DNA from: Antedon mediterranea
Taxonomy: Eukaryota; Animalia; Echinodermata
Direction: 5' to 3'
Assembly (NCBI RefSeq): GCF_964355755.1
Contig: NC_092677.1
Location: 13,104,101 to 13,168,100, forward strand
Length of the DNA: 64,000 nucleotides
Part shown: positions 1 to 10,094 of the stretch, piece by piece
Numbering within the stretch: the stretch's first letter is position 1
How the letters are laid out: every line of letters starts with the position of its first letter
Notes under the pieces: generated by a model
Told to the model about the DNA's origin: nothing
The model's input: the letters and a program-made list of their open reading frames with translations, nothing else
Database searches by the model: none
Made by a program: the position numbers and the translations under genes

Positions 1-618
1 CCTTCACAATAGTGCTCATCGAACCTGAATTAAAATATCTGATTCTTAAATTTGGAAGGAAGAATACCACTTTGCCACAAGAGGTTCAATTAGTATCGAC
101 GTACTGTACCATACTATACTGGTTTCTAAACCTTGATTGACATATGTAATATGGCACATGCATTTTAACCAACATACCACACAAATGTTAAAATTTATTT
201 ATTTGTCTAACAATAGAAAAACACATAATGTAAATAAATACGGTTTCAGCTATCATTTTCTTTTTTTTTGTTTTATGTAGGACCGACCCAATTTTATTTC
301 TCCATCAATAAAATGTTCATTTACAATGCATTGCACTTGAGTAATGTAATGATACAATACAATACAATATAACTGACATTAAATAACTATCAGTACATCT
401 TGTATCTCACTCCCACGTTATTCAAGATTTTTTGACGTAATAACGTAACCAAAATTCTGGAAAATCCTGAGAAAGATAATTATGAGCAAGCACATACTGA
501 CATTGGACAGAAAATCGGGCTCAAATATGAAGGAGATGCGCTCTGTTGAATGTGATAACATACAAAAAAAGAAAAAAAATCCTGATTTTAAAAATTCTAG
601 CGGCCATTTGATGACGTC

Positions 619-781
619 AACAAATCCGGTTACTATAGGCCTAGAAACTAATTACTAAATTTGCTATTCTTTTTTTTTTCAAGCAAAACACGGCCGGCCA
701 CGCTGCACTATGCTTTAGGATAAAACAAACTAGATGCAAGTTTTACATTGTAAGTTTTGTGAAAATGTATGCAATCGATAT
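619..781 (+). repeat. ~165-bp dispersed direct repeat, copy 1 (copy 2 at 2310-2483)
   Basis: aacaaatccggttactatag...cggccggccacgctgcactat...actagatgcaag...tatgcaatcgatat occurs at both positions with small indels. Confidence 0.85.
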
Positions 782-1494
782 AACAATGTTTACAGTCCAA
801 TTAAGGACTATGGAAAATGAACTAAACTAACGACTGGACATCAAGGTAAAATGAAAACAACGGAGTGGCTGCAGTAAAGACCAGCTCAACGAAACTTGAA
901 CGTACTAATGAGCTTTTGCATCGTGACGGTAGACAAAAGGAACGGTAGATATAAAATTATACGGTAATTGAATTTATCGATTTTAACGTTCGATCCAATG
1001 ACGTATTTATGACGTAATTTTGAAAAATACAATACAATAAAATAACAGTACCAATAAAAAATGGTTGTTAAAATTTTCGTTGTAAAATTAACTAGACATC
1101 ATATTTTATGCATATTATATAGTATGTGTAGATTGTGAATTCTTCTTCTTCTATAGATGCATTACAAAAATAATCATCCTTTTACGGCTCTTTTACGTTT
1201 TAATTAGATGTTTATTTAATCCGTTAAACTTCGCTAACCTAAGACCTAGTCTGGCTAACACAGAAACCTTTCAAACACGCGCCCACCAAGCCCACGTGTA
1301 CAGGGTTTGTCAGAGGGAGGGGATGACTTCACGAAATAATCGCCACGCTCTGTTAATTACCGTCCCCTTCATTACCTTCCAGGTGCGAAAGCTCTCTAAT
1401 AGTAATATAGTTTTGTTTGGTTTAATGCTTTCATTTTACAACCAAAGTATATTAGTACACCGAACCAAGATAAAAAACGTTTTTAGATTCTTAC

Positions 1495-1568
1495 CTCACC
1501 CGTTTGGCTTTTCGAAAGAAAGTCTCGGAGAAAAAGTTCAATTTCATTACCTTCTATGTAACCACTCT
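1495..1568 (-). CDS. Coding exon 2 of a calbindin/calretinin/secretagogin-family EF-hand Ca2+-binding protein
   Basis: Minus strand: poly-T tract + ttcag acceptor (AG at 1570-1569), then AG AGT GGT TAC ATA GAA GGT AAT GAA... = (K)SGYIEGNEIELFLRDFLSKSQTGE, then a GAG|gtaaga donor at 1494. It joins exon 1 in phase 1 to give the canonical EF-hand loop DKDKSGYIEGNE. 74 nt, phase 1-0, like calbindin exon 2. Confidence 0.9.
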
Positions 1569-1783
1569 CTGAATTACAAAAAAAAAAAAAAACAACAAAG
1601 CATTATAATTTATTCCGTATTTGTTTACGTTTTAGCGTTATGGTATGTGAAGAAGGCTATTCAATCAGTGTGCTTTTTTTTCATTATTGATTGTTATTTA
1701 ATTTAAAAGTTATCATTTATCTTTTCTTGATTACAACGAGAACATGCGGTACAGGGTACAACGGTAAAAAATTCTAATCAGTA

Positions 1784-1910
1784 CTCTGTCTACACTATCA
1801 AATTTGATGGTCTATATGGTGTGCCCATATAGACATGATGATGTCACACACTACCTTATTTGGGCACATCACACTTCTTTTGTCAAACTAGTTAGATGGT
1901 TTAGACAGAG
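1784..1910. mobile_element. Small degenerate MITE (terminal inverted repeats)
   Basis: Imperfect TIRs ctctgtctacactatcaaa ... gttagatggtttagacagag and an internal inverted pair gtgccca/tgggcac. Confidence 0.6.
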
Positions 1911-2309
1911 CATAAGATTATAGTTTTGCATTTTTTGCTTGTCTTGCTTTCTAAACGCGATAATCTAAACGTAGTTTTTTTTACGAGAACGCGTTAGAAG
2001 ATTGATGTGTGTTAACTCCTTTTATTCAGAAGATGATACGAAAACATTTTTTTTATCATAATTAACCTTAGAAAGCACATTTGAAATGACATGGTTTGAT
2101 GTTTTTTATAGTTATATATGTATTATTTTTTACAAAACGTTATTGCAGGTCTAGTGTCTTTAAGTTAGTGTTATTAGTAAAACACGTCTATTATATTATT
2201 ACAAAAATCCTTTTTATTTACGTACTTCGTTACAAAGATTGCCACTACATAAAGCACTATTTTCCAAGTGGCTCACATCTCAATGAAACGGTAGGCTAAG
2301 AAGTCATTT

Positions 2310-2483
2310 AACAAATCCGGTTACTATAGAAACTAATTGCTAAATTTGCTATTATTTTTTTTGTCAAGCAAAATACGGCCGGCCACGCTGCACTATAAAA
2401 AAAAACTGGATGACGCTTTTGGATAACACATACTAGATGCAAGCTTTACATTGTTAGTTTTGTGAAAAGGTATGCAATCGATA
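2310..2483 (+). repeat. ~170-bp dispersed direct repeat, copy 2
   Basis: Same sequence as 619-781, lacking 6 nt at the taggcctag site and carrying a short A-rich insert. Confidence 0.85.
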
Positions 2484-3043
2484 TCTAGCCTAAAAGAAGT
2501 AATTGTTGGTGAATATTTGATATCAATTGGTAGGTTATTCTATTAGATATTTCAGTGAACATTGTAGTTACTGCATTAACTACAGTGGAATATGTTTGAC
2601 GCGGTCTCTAATATTATTCTCAGTCTAGGCACCTCAGGTGAATATCTTTCCCCTTTTCACAATTTTGTAATTTATTACTATCAGCATTATGTTGAACGTT
2701 GCAAGTTTTTGTTTTACATTTTCTGACTACTTATTGGCCTAGAATCCGCTCGATATGTAAACATGATTATAAACCTACTCAACATATAAATAGTAAAATA
2801 CTTATTTCACTAGAATAAGTTTCTCAATTATTCATTATTTAATATTATATCGTTATTAAACGGCAAAAGGCGTATTGCTAATCAAAATTAGGAACATACC
2901 AATGAAACAAAACTCAGTGATCTATCACACACAACAAAGTTTGTTCCAAAGTTGTCAATTTTTTTTAATTTTTTTTTAGTATTGAAAACGAAAGCGATAA
3001 AAACAAAATGTTCATTATAAATAATTATATAAATTTGAATTAT

Positions 3044-3164
3044 AAAGCCCCCTCTTTAGTTTGCAAAAGTAATTTCGAAACGAAGCCTATCTTGTAAAGA
3101 AGCCCACCCAAGAGTACTTTAAAAGAAAAGAAACCCATGGGCTTCTGTTTCAGGTTTTACGGTA
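3044..3164. mobile_element. Right-end fragment of a Tc1/mariner-like non-autonomous element (related copy at 31410-31633)
   Basis: taagaagcccacccaagagt...cccatgggcttct..ttc.ggttttacgg|TA is shared with 31575-31633 and ends in ...TTTTACGG followed by TA. Confidence 0.5.
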
Positions 3165-3430
3165 TGCACTGTTTGATATATGCCGTCAATACGGCACACA
3201 ACAGAGTAAGTTAAAATAAATGCTTACAGAGTTGTTTTATTGAAACTGAAAGCATTGGCCACAAGTTTTTATTTACTTTTCTAAAAAAAGTTGCTTCATT
3301 TGAGTTTTCATTTTGCGATTTGAATTTTGTTTTCTTGATTATTCGTACGTGCACTTTAATATCCCGAATATAATTTGTAAAAGAGTAACTTAAATAGTAC
3401 ATAGTATTTTAAGAATAAAATATTGCTTAC

Positions 3431-3542
3431 TATCCTTGTCGAATTCATCCCAAACAAGTTGGAATTGTTCCGCAGTATATGACTTGCCATGAAGTTCCTC
3501 TTCGAATTGTTGCAAAGCTGCCGATAACGATTTCTCTGCCAT
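3431..3542 (-). CDS. Coding exon 1 of a calbindin/calretinin/secretagogin-family EF-hand protein
   Basis: ATG in AAAC-ATG-G context at 3542-3540. Translates MAEKSLSAALQQFEEELHGKSYTAEQFQLVWDEFDKD + 1 nt, then a gtaagc donor at 3430. TAEQFxxVWxxFDxD resembles calbindin ITASQFFEIWLHFDAD, and the phase-1 intron after FDxD matches the family's first intron. Confidence 0.9.
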
Positions 3543-3629
3543 GTTTAATAGGTATAATTACGTGTCCAAGTTTATGAAAGATAGAAAGGAGCTGTGTTAC
3601 AGAAACAACTACGTTCACTAGCTATGGAT

Positions 3630-3712
3630 GAGCGAATGGTACGGTAAGCGGCGTGGTTCGTCTGACTATATCTGCTGCTGCTAATATCGATCGATGGCTT
3701 TACGCATTGGTC
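3630..3712 (-). promoter_or_regulatory. Putative core promoter of the EF-hand gene
   Basis: Minus strand: CCAAT at 3710-3706, weak TATA-like GATATAG at 3672-3666, Inr-like CCATTC at about 3639-3634. Locally GC-richer and about 95 nt upstream of the ATG. Motif-only inference. Confidence 0.3.
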
Positions 3713-6681
3713 GAATAGTCACTATAATCAACATATCCCGTATGTTATTACACACGCCCTTGATACGCTTCATCGAGTTCAGTCACAGAATTGATAACGA
3801 AATAAAATATTATGCAGGATACGAATATTAATAATATTCCACAAGCATAGGCCTACTCTGCACCAGAATCAAGGGCTGCCCATCGAAATTACGAAATCAA
3901 ATTGAATCCTTCTTGAATAATTAAAAAAAAACTCGAATTCAAAATTATCATAATAATAGAATATTCATTATCAGTGTCTCCCTTTTCAACTGTTATTTCA
4001 CAAACCTCATAAATAAAACAATAACAGTTTTTAATATGATCTAAGAAATTTAAACAGTAGAAACTAATCAGTTACCTTTACGTAGAGAACAATAGTGTAT
4101 AAATAAGCACTCAGTGGAATAGCAATAGAGAGAGTAAATGAAAATAGGCCTATGTCAATCACACGAGCATAGAATGAAACAAAAAAAATATGTGGGTATC
4201 GGTGGATATCGATAATGGGGATACAATTGAAATAATCTGAAACCTAAATCAAAACCAAAAACAGGCAGAAAGTGCCAAATTGTCGGGAAACACTATTCCT
4301 TCTATCAGGGCTAATGATACGATTTTGGGAGAAATGAGAAATATTTGGCTTCTAATTGTATAATAAATTTACGAAGTAATTGTAATACTAGGCCTAAATC
4401 ATAAATTAAATATTATTTTTGTTATAGCTTATTTTGTAAATAATGTATTTTATCGTAATATAATTTCTTTTGTTATGTATTTTATTGGACGATACCTGAA
4501 TATCAACATGCATTGATTAATTAATTAATGGATAAAGTTGAAATAAAATTTGAGAAAGATAAAAGCATAATAGTACATTTTGAAAATGGCGTCTTCCGGT
4601 AATTAGCATAATATCCAGACTTATTAATATTTCGTAAATATTGTATGATTATGCATAGTATGGTATCGAATCGTCATGTGAGTTGGATGATTCCCATTTG
4701 GTTTGGGGAAGGGAGAAAATTGGGCCTAGTAAAGTGATCTATGCCTAAACAAGGAACCCTTTTGCTTTTTCGAGTATTGATTCAAAAGTATTAGTTTTCT
4801 TCCTTTTTTCAAGGACGACCGACTTGTTAGATTGTGTCTGTAAAATTGTATGTATGATGCTGGTCTTGTGATTGGATTGCCATCATATCGAACCGGGGAT
4901 TTTGCTATTGGCAGTCGAATTGGCAATAGGAATGGTTGAACATTAAATAAATGACTTCTTTACGTTTCTACAATATACATTTGCTAAATTTGTTTAAAAG
5001 ATGTTTATTAGTAAAAAATAATCATTACCATCGTATTTCGCATCATATTACAATAGGCTCATCATTATTACGTCATCCTACAAGACACCTGTAAATCTGA
5101 AACCCGGTAATATACATAATCATCATCCATTATCATACTATAGCTAAAACCTACTTATAAAACTGATCAAGTTGAACCTGGATAGTGTGACCTCAACAAC
5201 TCGTCACGCATCATGTATTATTCATGCTTTACACTATCTCTTCTATTCTATTTTTGGATTACACTAAATCGAATTTACTGATTTGCTATGAGCAGTACAT
5301 GTTGAATTAAATTGTGATATTTTTTTGAATCTCAAAAAACATTCCTTACTTACAAACCGTTTGCATTTGACCGCTTACCGTTTACCGCCAACCGTTATCG
5401 TAATCCTTTTTGGATTACGCTAATGAAGAAGTAATAGCTAAAAACGTTCCGTTTCTTCTACATCTACACATTTGTTTGCTTATATTCGATGATCTTTTTC
5501 ATCGTATTTTATTTAAAAACAGTTGTAATGTCCTTTGTTGAGTGTTTAAAACATTAAATATAATACAGCAAATTATAATCTGCGTTTACTTTTACGTGCT
5601 ATTATTACTGGACATCGAATAATAAACGGGTTTTGCACAATGTCACTATTCAATGTTAGATCTTGGCACTTAAATCAAATAATTCCAAAGACCAATATTA
5701 TGAGATGTTGTTGACATATTAATAATTGCATTTAAAACGATTAGAAAGATGAAGTATTTTAAATATCACTAAACTAAATCACTTACCGGCAATTATATTT
5801 AGTTAGTATTTGTGTATTATCATCTCCATAAAAAACTCCTATTTGAAGACGTTATTGTAAATTTTGAATAACACTTTGTCCATAATGGCACCTGTATTAA
5901 AAAACAAAATAAAAGAAAAAAATAGTGACTCATATTATTACTTATTATACATACAGCAAGACAGAGACGAGTATTTTTTTTACAAAAACCCATGTTTGTT
6001 AACGACACCGTATATAATGCATTAATTATCATTGTGCACTATAAAGAGCTGTCAGTGAAGTGTGATAGTGTATAGTCTGTCGTCCTATCAAAAATATCGA
6101 TTCAGAAATAACTACTGTAGCATTTAACTTATCTAAAATGTAATGAATGGAAATCTATCGACCTGTACATAAAATGCTCATTTTGTTTGAAAGTCAAACA
6201 TAAGAATGAAAGTTACGATATCTATGTTATATTAACAACCTACTAGCTTACGATTATCAATGTCACACACAAAACCATATCGATTTAAAGATAACATGTG
6301 CGAAAAAACAGTAAACAAGCTGGTGACTACAATCAGACAGGGAAAATACAAGTGAAAAGTGAAAAGTGAAATGGGACTTCCTTGATGTGTTACTAAATGA
6401 ATTTGGCTTTGGTAATAATTATAATAAGTTTGATAAAAGTATTATACAAAGACATTGTAAGTTGTTTATGGTTTTTCCCTTTTCCTCCTCAAATTACCTT
6501 CTTCCTGTTATCTTGTCTTTTTGTATATGTTTTAAAATAAAATAATGATAATAGAAAAAGAAAATGTGCAAAAAAACAGAACAAGCTTGTCCATGTCAAT
6601 CAGACATGAAAAATATAAGAGGAGGATGAATACGTAGATAAAGAAGAAGAGTGGAGAGGAAGAATAGCAGAAGAAGTGTAC

Positions 6682-8255
6682 TCTTTTTCTTCTTCCTCTT
6701 TTTCTTGCTCTCTACTGTTCTTCTTCCTCTCCTTCTTCTTACTCACTCTTCTTCTTCCTCTTCTTCTTCTTACTCTCTCTTCTTCCTCTCTTCTCTTATT
6801 CTTCCTCTTCTTCTTCCTCTTCTTCTTCTTACTCTCTCTTCTTCCTCTCTTCTCTTATTCTTCCTCTTCTTCTTCCTCTTCTTCTTCTTACTCTCTCTTC
6901 TTCCTCTTCTTACTCTCTCTTCTTCCTTTCTTCTCTTATTCTTCCTCTTCTTCTTCCTCTTCTTCTTCTTACTCACTCTTCTTCTTCCTCTTCTTCTTCT
7001 TACTCTCTCTTCTTCCTCTCTTCTCTTATTCTTCCTCTTCTTCTTCCTCTTCTTCTTCTTACTCTCTCTTCTTCCTCTCTTCTCTTATTCTTCCTCTTCT
7101 TCTTCCTCTTCTTCTTCTTACTCTCTCTTCTTCCTCTTCTTCTTCTTACTCTCTCTTCTTCTTCCTCTTCTTCTTCTTACTCTCTCTTCTTCTTCCTCTT
7201 CTTCTTCTTACTCTCTCTTCTTCATCTCTTCTCTTATTCTTCCTCTTCTTCTTCCTCTTCTTCTTCTTACTCTCTCTTCTTCCTCTTCTTCTTCTTACTC
7301 TCTCTTCTTCCTCCTCTTCTCTTATTCTTCCTCTTCTTCCTCCTCTTCTCTTATTCTTCCTCTTCTTCTTCCTCTTCTTCTTCTTACTCTCTCTTCTTCC
7401 TCTTCTTCTTCTTACTCTCTCTTCTTCCTCTTCTTCTTCTTACTCTCTCTTCTTCCTCTTCTTCTTCTTACTCTCTCTTCTTCCTCTTCTTCTTCTTACT
7501 CTCTCTTCTTCCTCTTCTTCTTCTTACTCTATCTTCTTCCTCTCTTCTCTTATTCTTCCTCTTCTTCTTCCTCTTCTTCTTCTTACTCACTCTTCTTCTT
7601 CCTCTTCTTCTTCTTACTCTCTCTTCTTCCTCTCTTCTCTTATTCTTCCTCTTCTTCTTCCTCTTCTTCTTCTTACTCACTCTTCTTCTTCCTCTTCTTC
7701 TTCTTACTCTATCTTCTTCCTCTTCTTCTTCCTCTTCTTCTTCTTACTCACTCTTCGTCTTCCTCTTCTTCTTCTTACTCTATCTTCTTCCTCTCTTCTC
7801 TTATTCTTCCTCTTCTTCTTCCTCTTCTTCTTCTTCTTACTCTCTCTTCTTCCTCTCTTCTCTTATTCTTCCTCTTCTTCCGCTCTTTTCTTTTACCTCT
7901 ACTTATTCTTCCTCTTACTCTTCTTTAATTTCTTCCTCTTCTTCCTCTCTTCTCTTATTCTTCCTCTTCTTCTTCTTACTCTCTCTTCTTCCTCTCTTCT
8001 CTTATTCTTCCTCTTCTTCCGCTCTTTTCTTTTACCTCTACTTATTCTTCCTCTTACTCTTCATTAATTTATTCCTTTTCTTCCTCCTCTTATTTTCTTT
8101 TCTTCGTTGTTTCCTTTTTCCTCTTTCTTTAATTACTCCATTTCTTCTTCCAATGTCTCTATTGTCCTCTTTTCTTTCTCTCTTTATTTTCTTTTCTTTC
8201 TCTTTATTGTCCTCATCATCTTTCCTCTCGTCTTTCTTATTCTTCTTCTTCTTTG
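6682..8255. repeat. Polypyrimidine/polypurine (CTT)n-derived minisatellite with a ~59-bp higher-order unit
   Basis: The plus strand is almost only C/T. The unit tactctctcttcttcctctcttctcttattcttcctcttcttcttcctcttcttcttct recurs (6771, 6830, ...). It explains the S/L/F and K/R/E ORFs. Confidence 0.95.
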
Positions 8256-9313
8256 TTATCGTTGTCTTTGCATGGATTAGAATTTTTGCTTTTCTATCCT
8301 TCGCGTTTTCCAGTTACAAGTAAATGTTCAATATATACATATATCCTATTTCTTTCTGGTAAAGTACATTTTTGTCCTGGCTCTTATAAGGTATGGTAAT
8401 TAAATGTACCGTATGGAATTTTCTTCTTTTATAGTTTAGGTGTTTGCATATTGCAGTATTATAATAAGCTGCCTGCAAGTATTACCATGCACCTTTTTAC
8501 CAGCAATAACATAACGTTCCAACATCTTTTGGTAGGCCTATGTATTCGAAGAACGGCATAAGAAACTAAACGGTAATGATTCTTTACTTTAATGATAACT
8601 ATGTCTCTTAATTTTAATATACAGCATCATGGCTCGGAATTAGGGTTTAGCTACCTAATGTAGTTATTATTTTAGGAAGTTATTTCCCACGAGTAAAAAT
8701 GGTAATACACTTATTTTTACTTCGAATAATTATGTCCAATCGTCTGGTCAACCGTATTCAACGATTGAAGCGGATTAAACCAATGGTAATGTAGGTATTC
8801 GATCATCATACATGGACTATTGAATCAGCTTTCTATAAACATATAAAAATAATGTGCGAACATTTAAAAAAAATGTCTTTGAAGTATCCGCACGATGTAG
8901 ACCACTTTACATTATTTATTCGTATACGCGAAGAATCTCTTCTTTCATACACATATTCATTTATAAGCGAACAACTTTTGATTTGATAGAATATTTTGAA
9001 ACGTTATACTGTTCATGTCAATACCTGAAATATCTGCTTATATTCAAATTTTGTTTTCATAAGCGTACTGTTACCTTCAGCTAAATCACGTGCACAGGCA
9101 ACGTGTTGTTTATGTTAATATGAATAATTTAATATAATTCATCATGCCTTGTCGCAAGCCCATATTGTGAGGTTATTCTCTACTCTGCAGTGTGCTATTC
9201 ATAATGAATAATACTTGTGGTGTTTGACGTAACAATGGACCCAAGCAGTACCTTTTACGTCATTTATGCAATTGCTCAAATGAAATACGAGAACTCTATA
9301 TTGTTTAATTTAA

Positions 9314-9549
9314 AGATATATTGTCCCCTGAAAAAAATATAATTATATATATATATATATATATAAATTTGGAATTAAGTCATCACATTTCTCACAGTTT
9401 TTTTGTTCCGTTTATTTTGACTTTCTATACATTAAGTGATGTCATTATTAAATGTTATATTTTTCTGCCGAAGAGAATAACTCCAGAATGACCTATTCAA
9501 AGCTTGATTTTATTCAATGTATTTTTCAAGTTTAAGGGACAGTACATAT
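9314..9549. mobile_element. Kolobok-like non-autonomous element (TTAA-flanked)
   Basis: TTAA|AGATATATTGTCCCCT ... AGGGACAGTACATAT|TTAG. The same termini occur at 23746-24026 and 59068-59337. Confidence 0.6.
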
Positions 9550-9580
9550 TTAGTTCAAAGTACAGTAATCACAGTACAAT

Positions 9581-9615
9581 CATGGAGAAATAAGTTACTA
9601 ACTTATTTCTCCATG
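9581..9615. mobile_element. P-element-type mini inverted repeat / excision footprint (17+1+17 bp, 7-bp TSD)
   Basis: gtacaat|CATGGAGAAATAAGTTA c TAACTTATTTCTCCATG|gtacaat. Perfect 17-bp arms and a perfect 7-bp direct flank (9574-9580, 9616-9622). Confidence 0.75.
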
Positions 9616-9994
9616 GTACAATAGAACAGGAAATATCATAAGTAGAAAGTGATATTACCATGACTCTAATGTTGATGTTGTTTTGATTACACACAAACCC
9701 GAGCTAATTAATTAGTGAAAATGTTGATTCATACTCAAAATAGCAATAAAACTAGCAGAAGAAGAAGAATGAATGAAAATGAAAACAAACCGACTGTCTG
9801 ATGAACTACTGCTGAGAAAATGTCTGACTAAAATACTGTGATAAGATAAACAGACTGAATAAACGATTGAATGACTGATGAAAAGATAGAACTGATGAAA
9901 AGAACTGACTGACGGAGAAACTGACAGAAGAGAGTAAACTGATAATGAGGATAGTGTTGTGCTTTTCGATTAGCTCTGTATACTGATACTATAC

Positions 9995-10094
9995 TACACG
10001 CGACTCTACAGCTCATTATGTCGGTCGGTTGGTCGGTCGGCAAACATTAACTAAAATTTGAGAACGTGACTGCAGCCATGTATATGGCCTTGTT
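9995..10094 (-). mobile_element. Short interspersed family (AACAAGGCCATATAC...(CCGA)n), Helentron/HINE-like
   Basis: Reverse complement of the family seen at 17716, 20022, 20205 and 60815. Superfamily assignment is inference. Confidence 0.55.

Noticed and set aside
1-30. Minus-strand acceptor ttcag at 28-24 as exon 3 of the EF-hand gene
   Set aside because: The required phase-0 frame reads GTT CGA TGA (stop), so exon 3 must lie outside the window.
1296-1706. 136-aa plus-strand ORF
   Set aside because: GTG start, no recognisable domain, and it lies antisense to the real exon 2 and its poly-T acceptor tract.
6651-8067. 425-aa and 463-aa S/L/F-rich ORFs and antisense K/R/E ORFs
   Set aside because: They are translations of a C/T-only repeat that lacks stop codons by composition; several frames are open at once.
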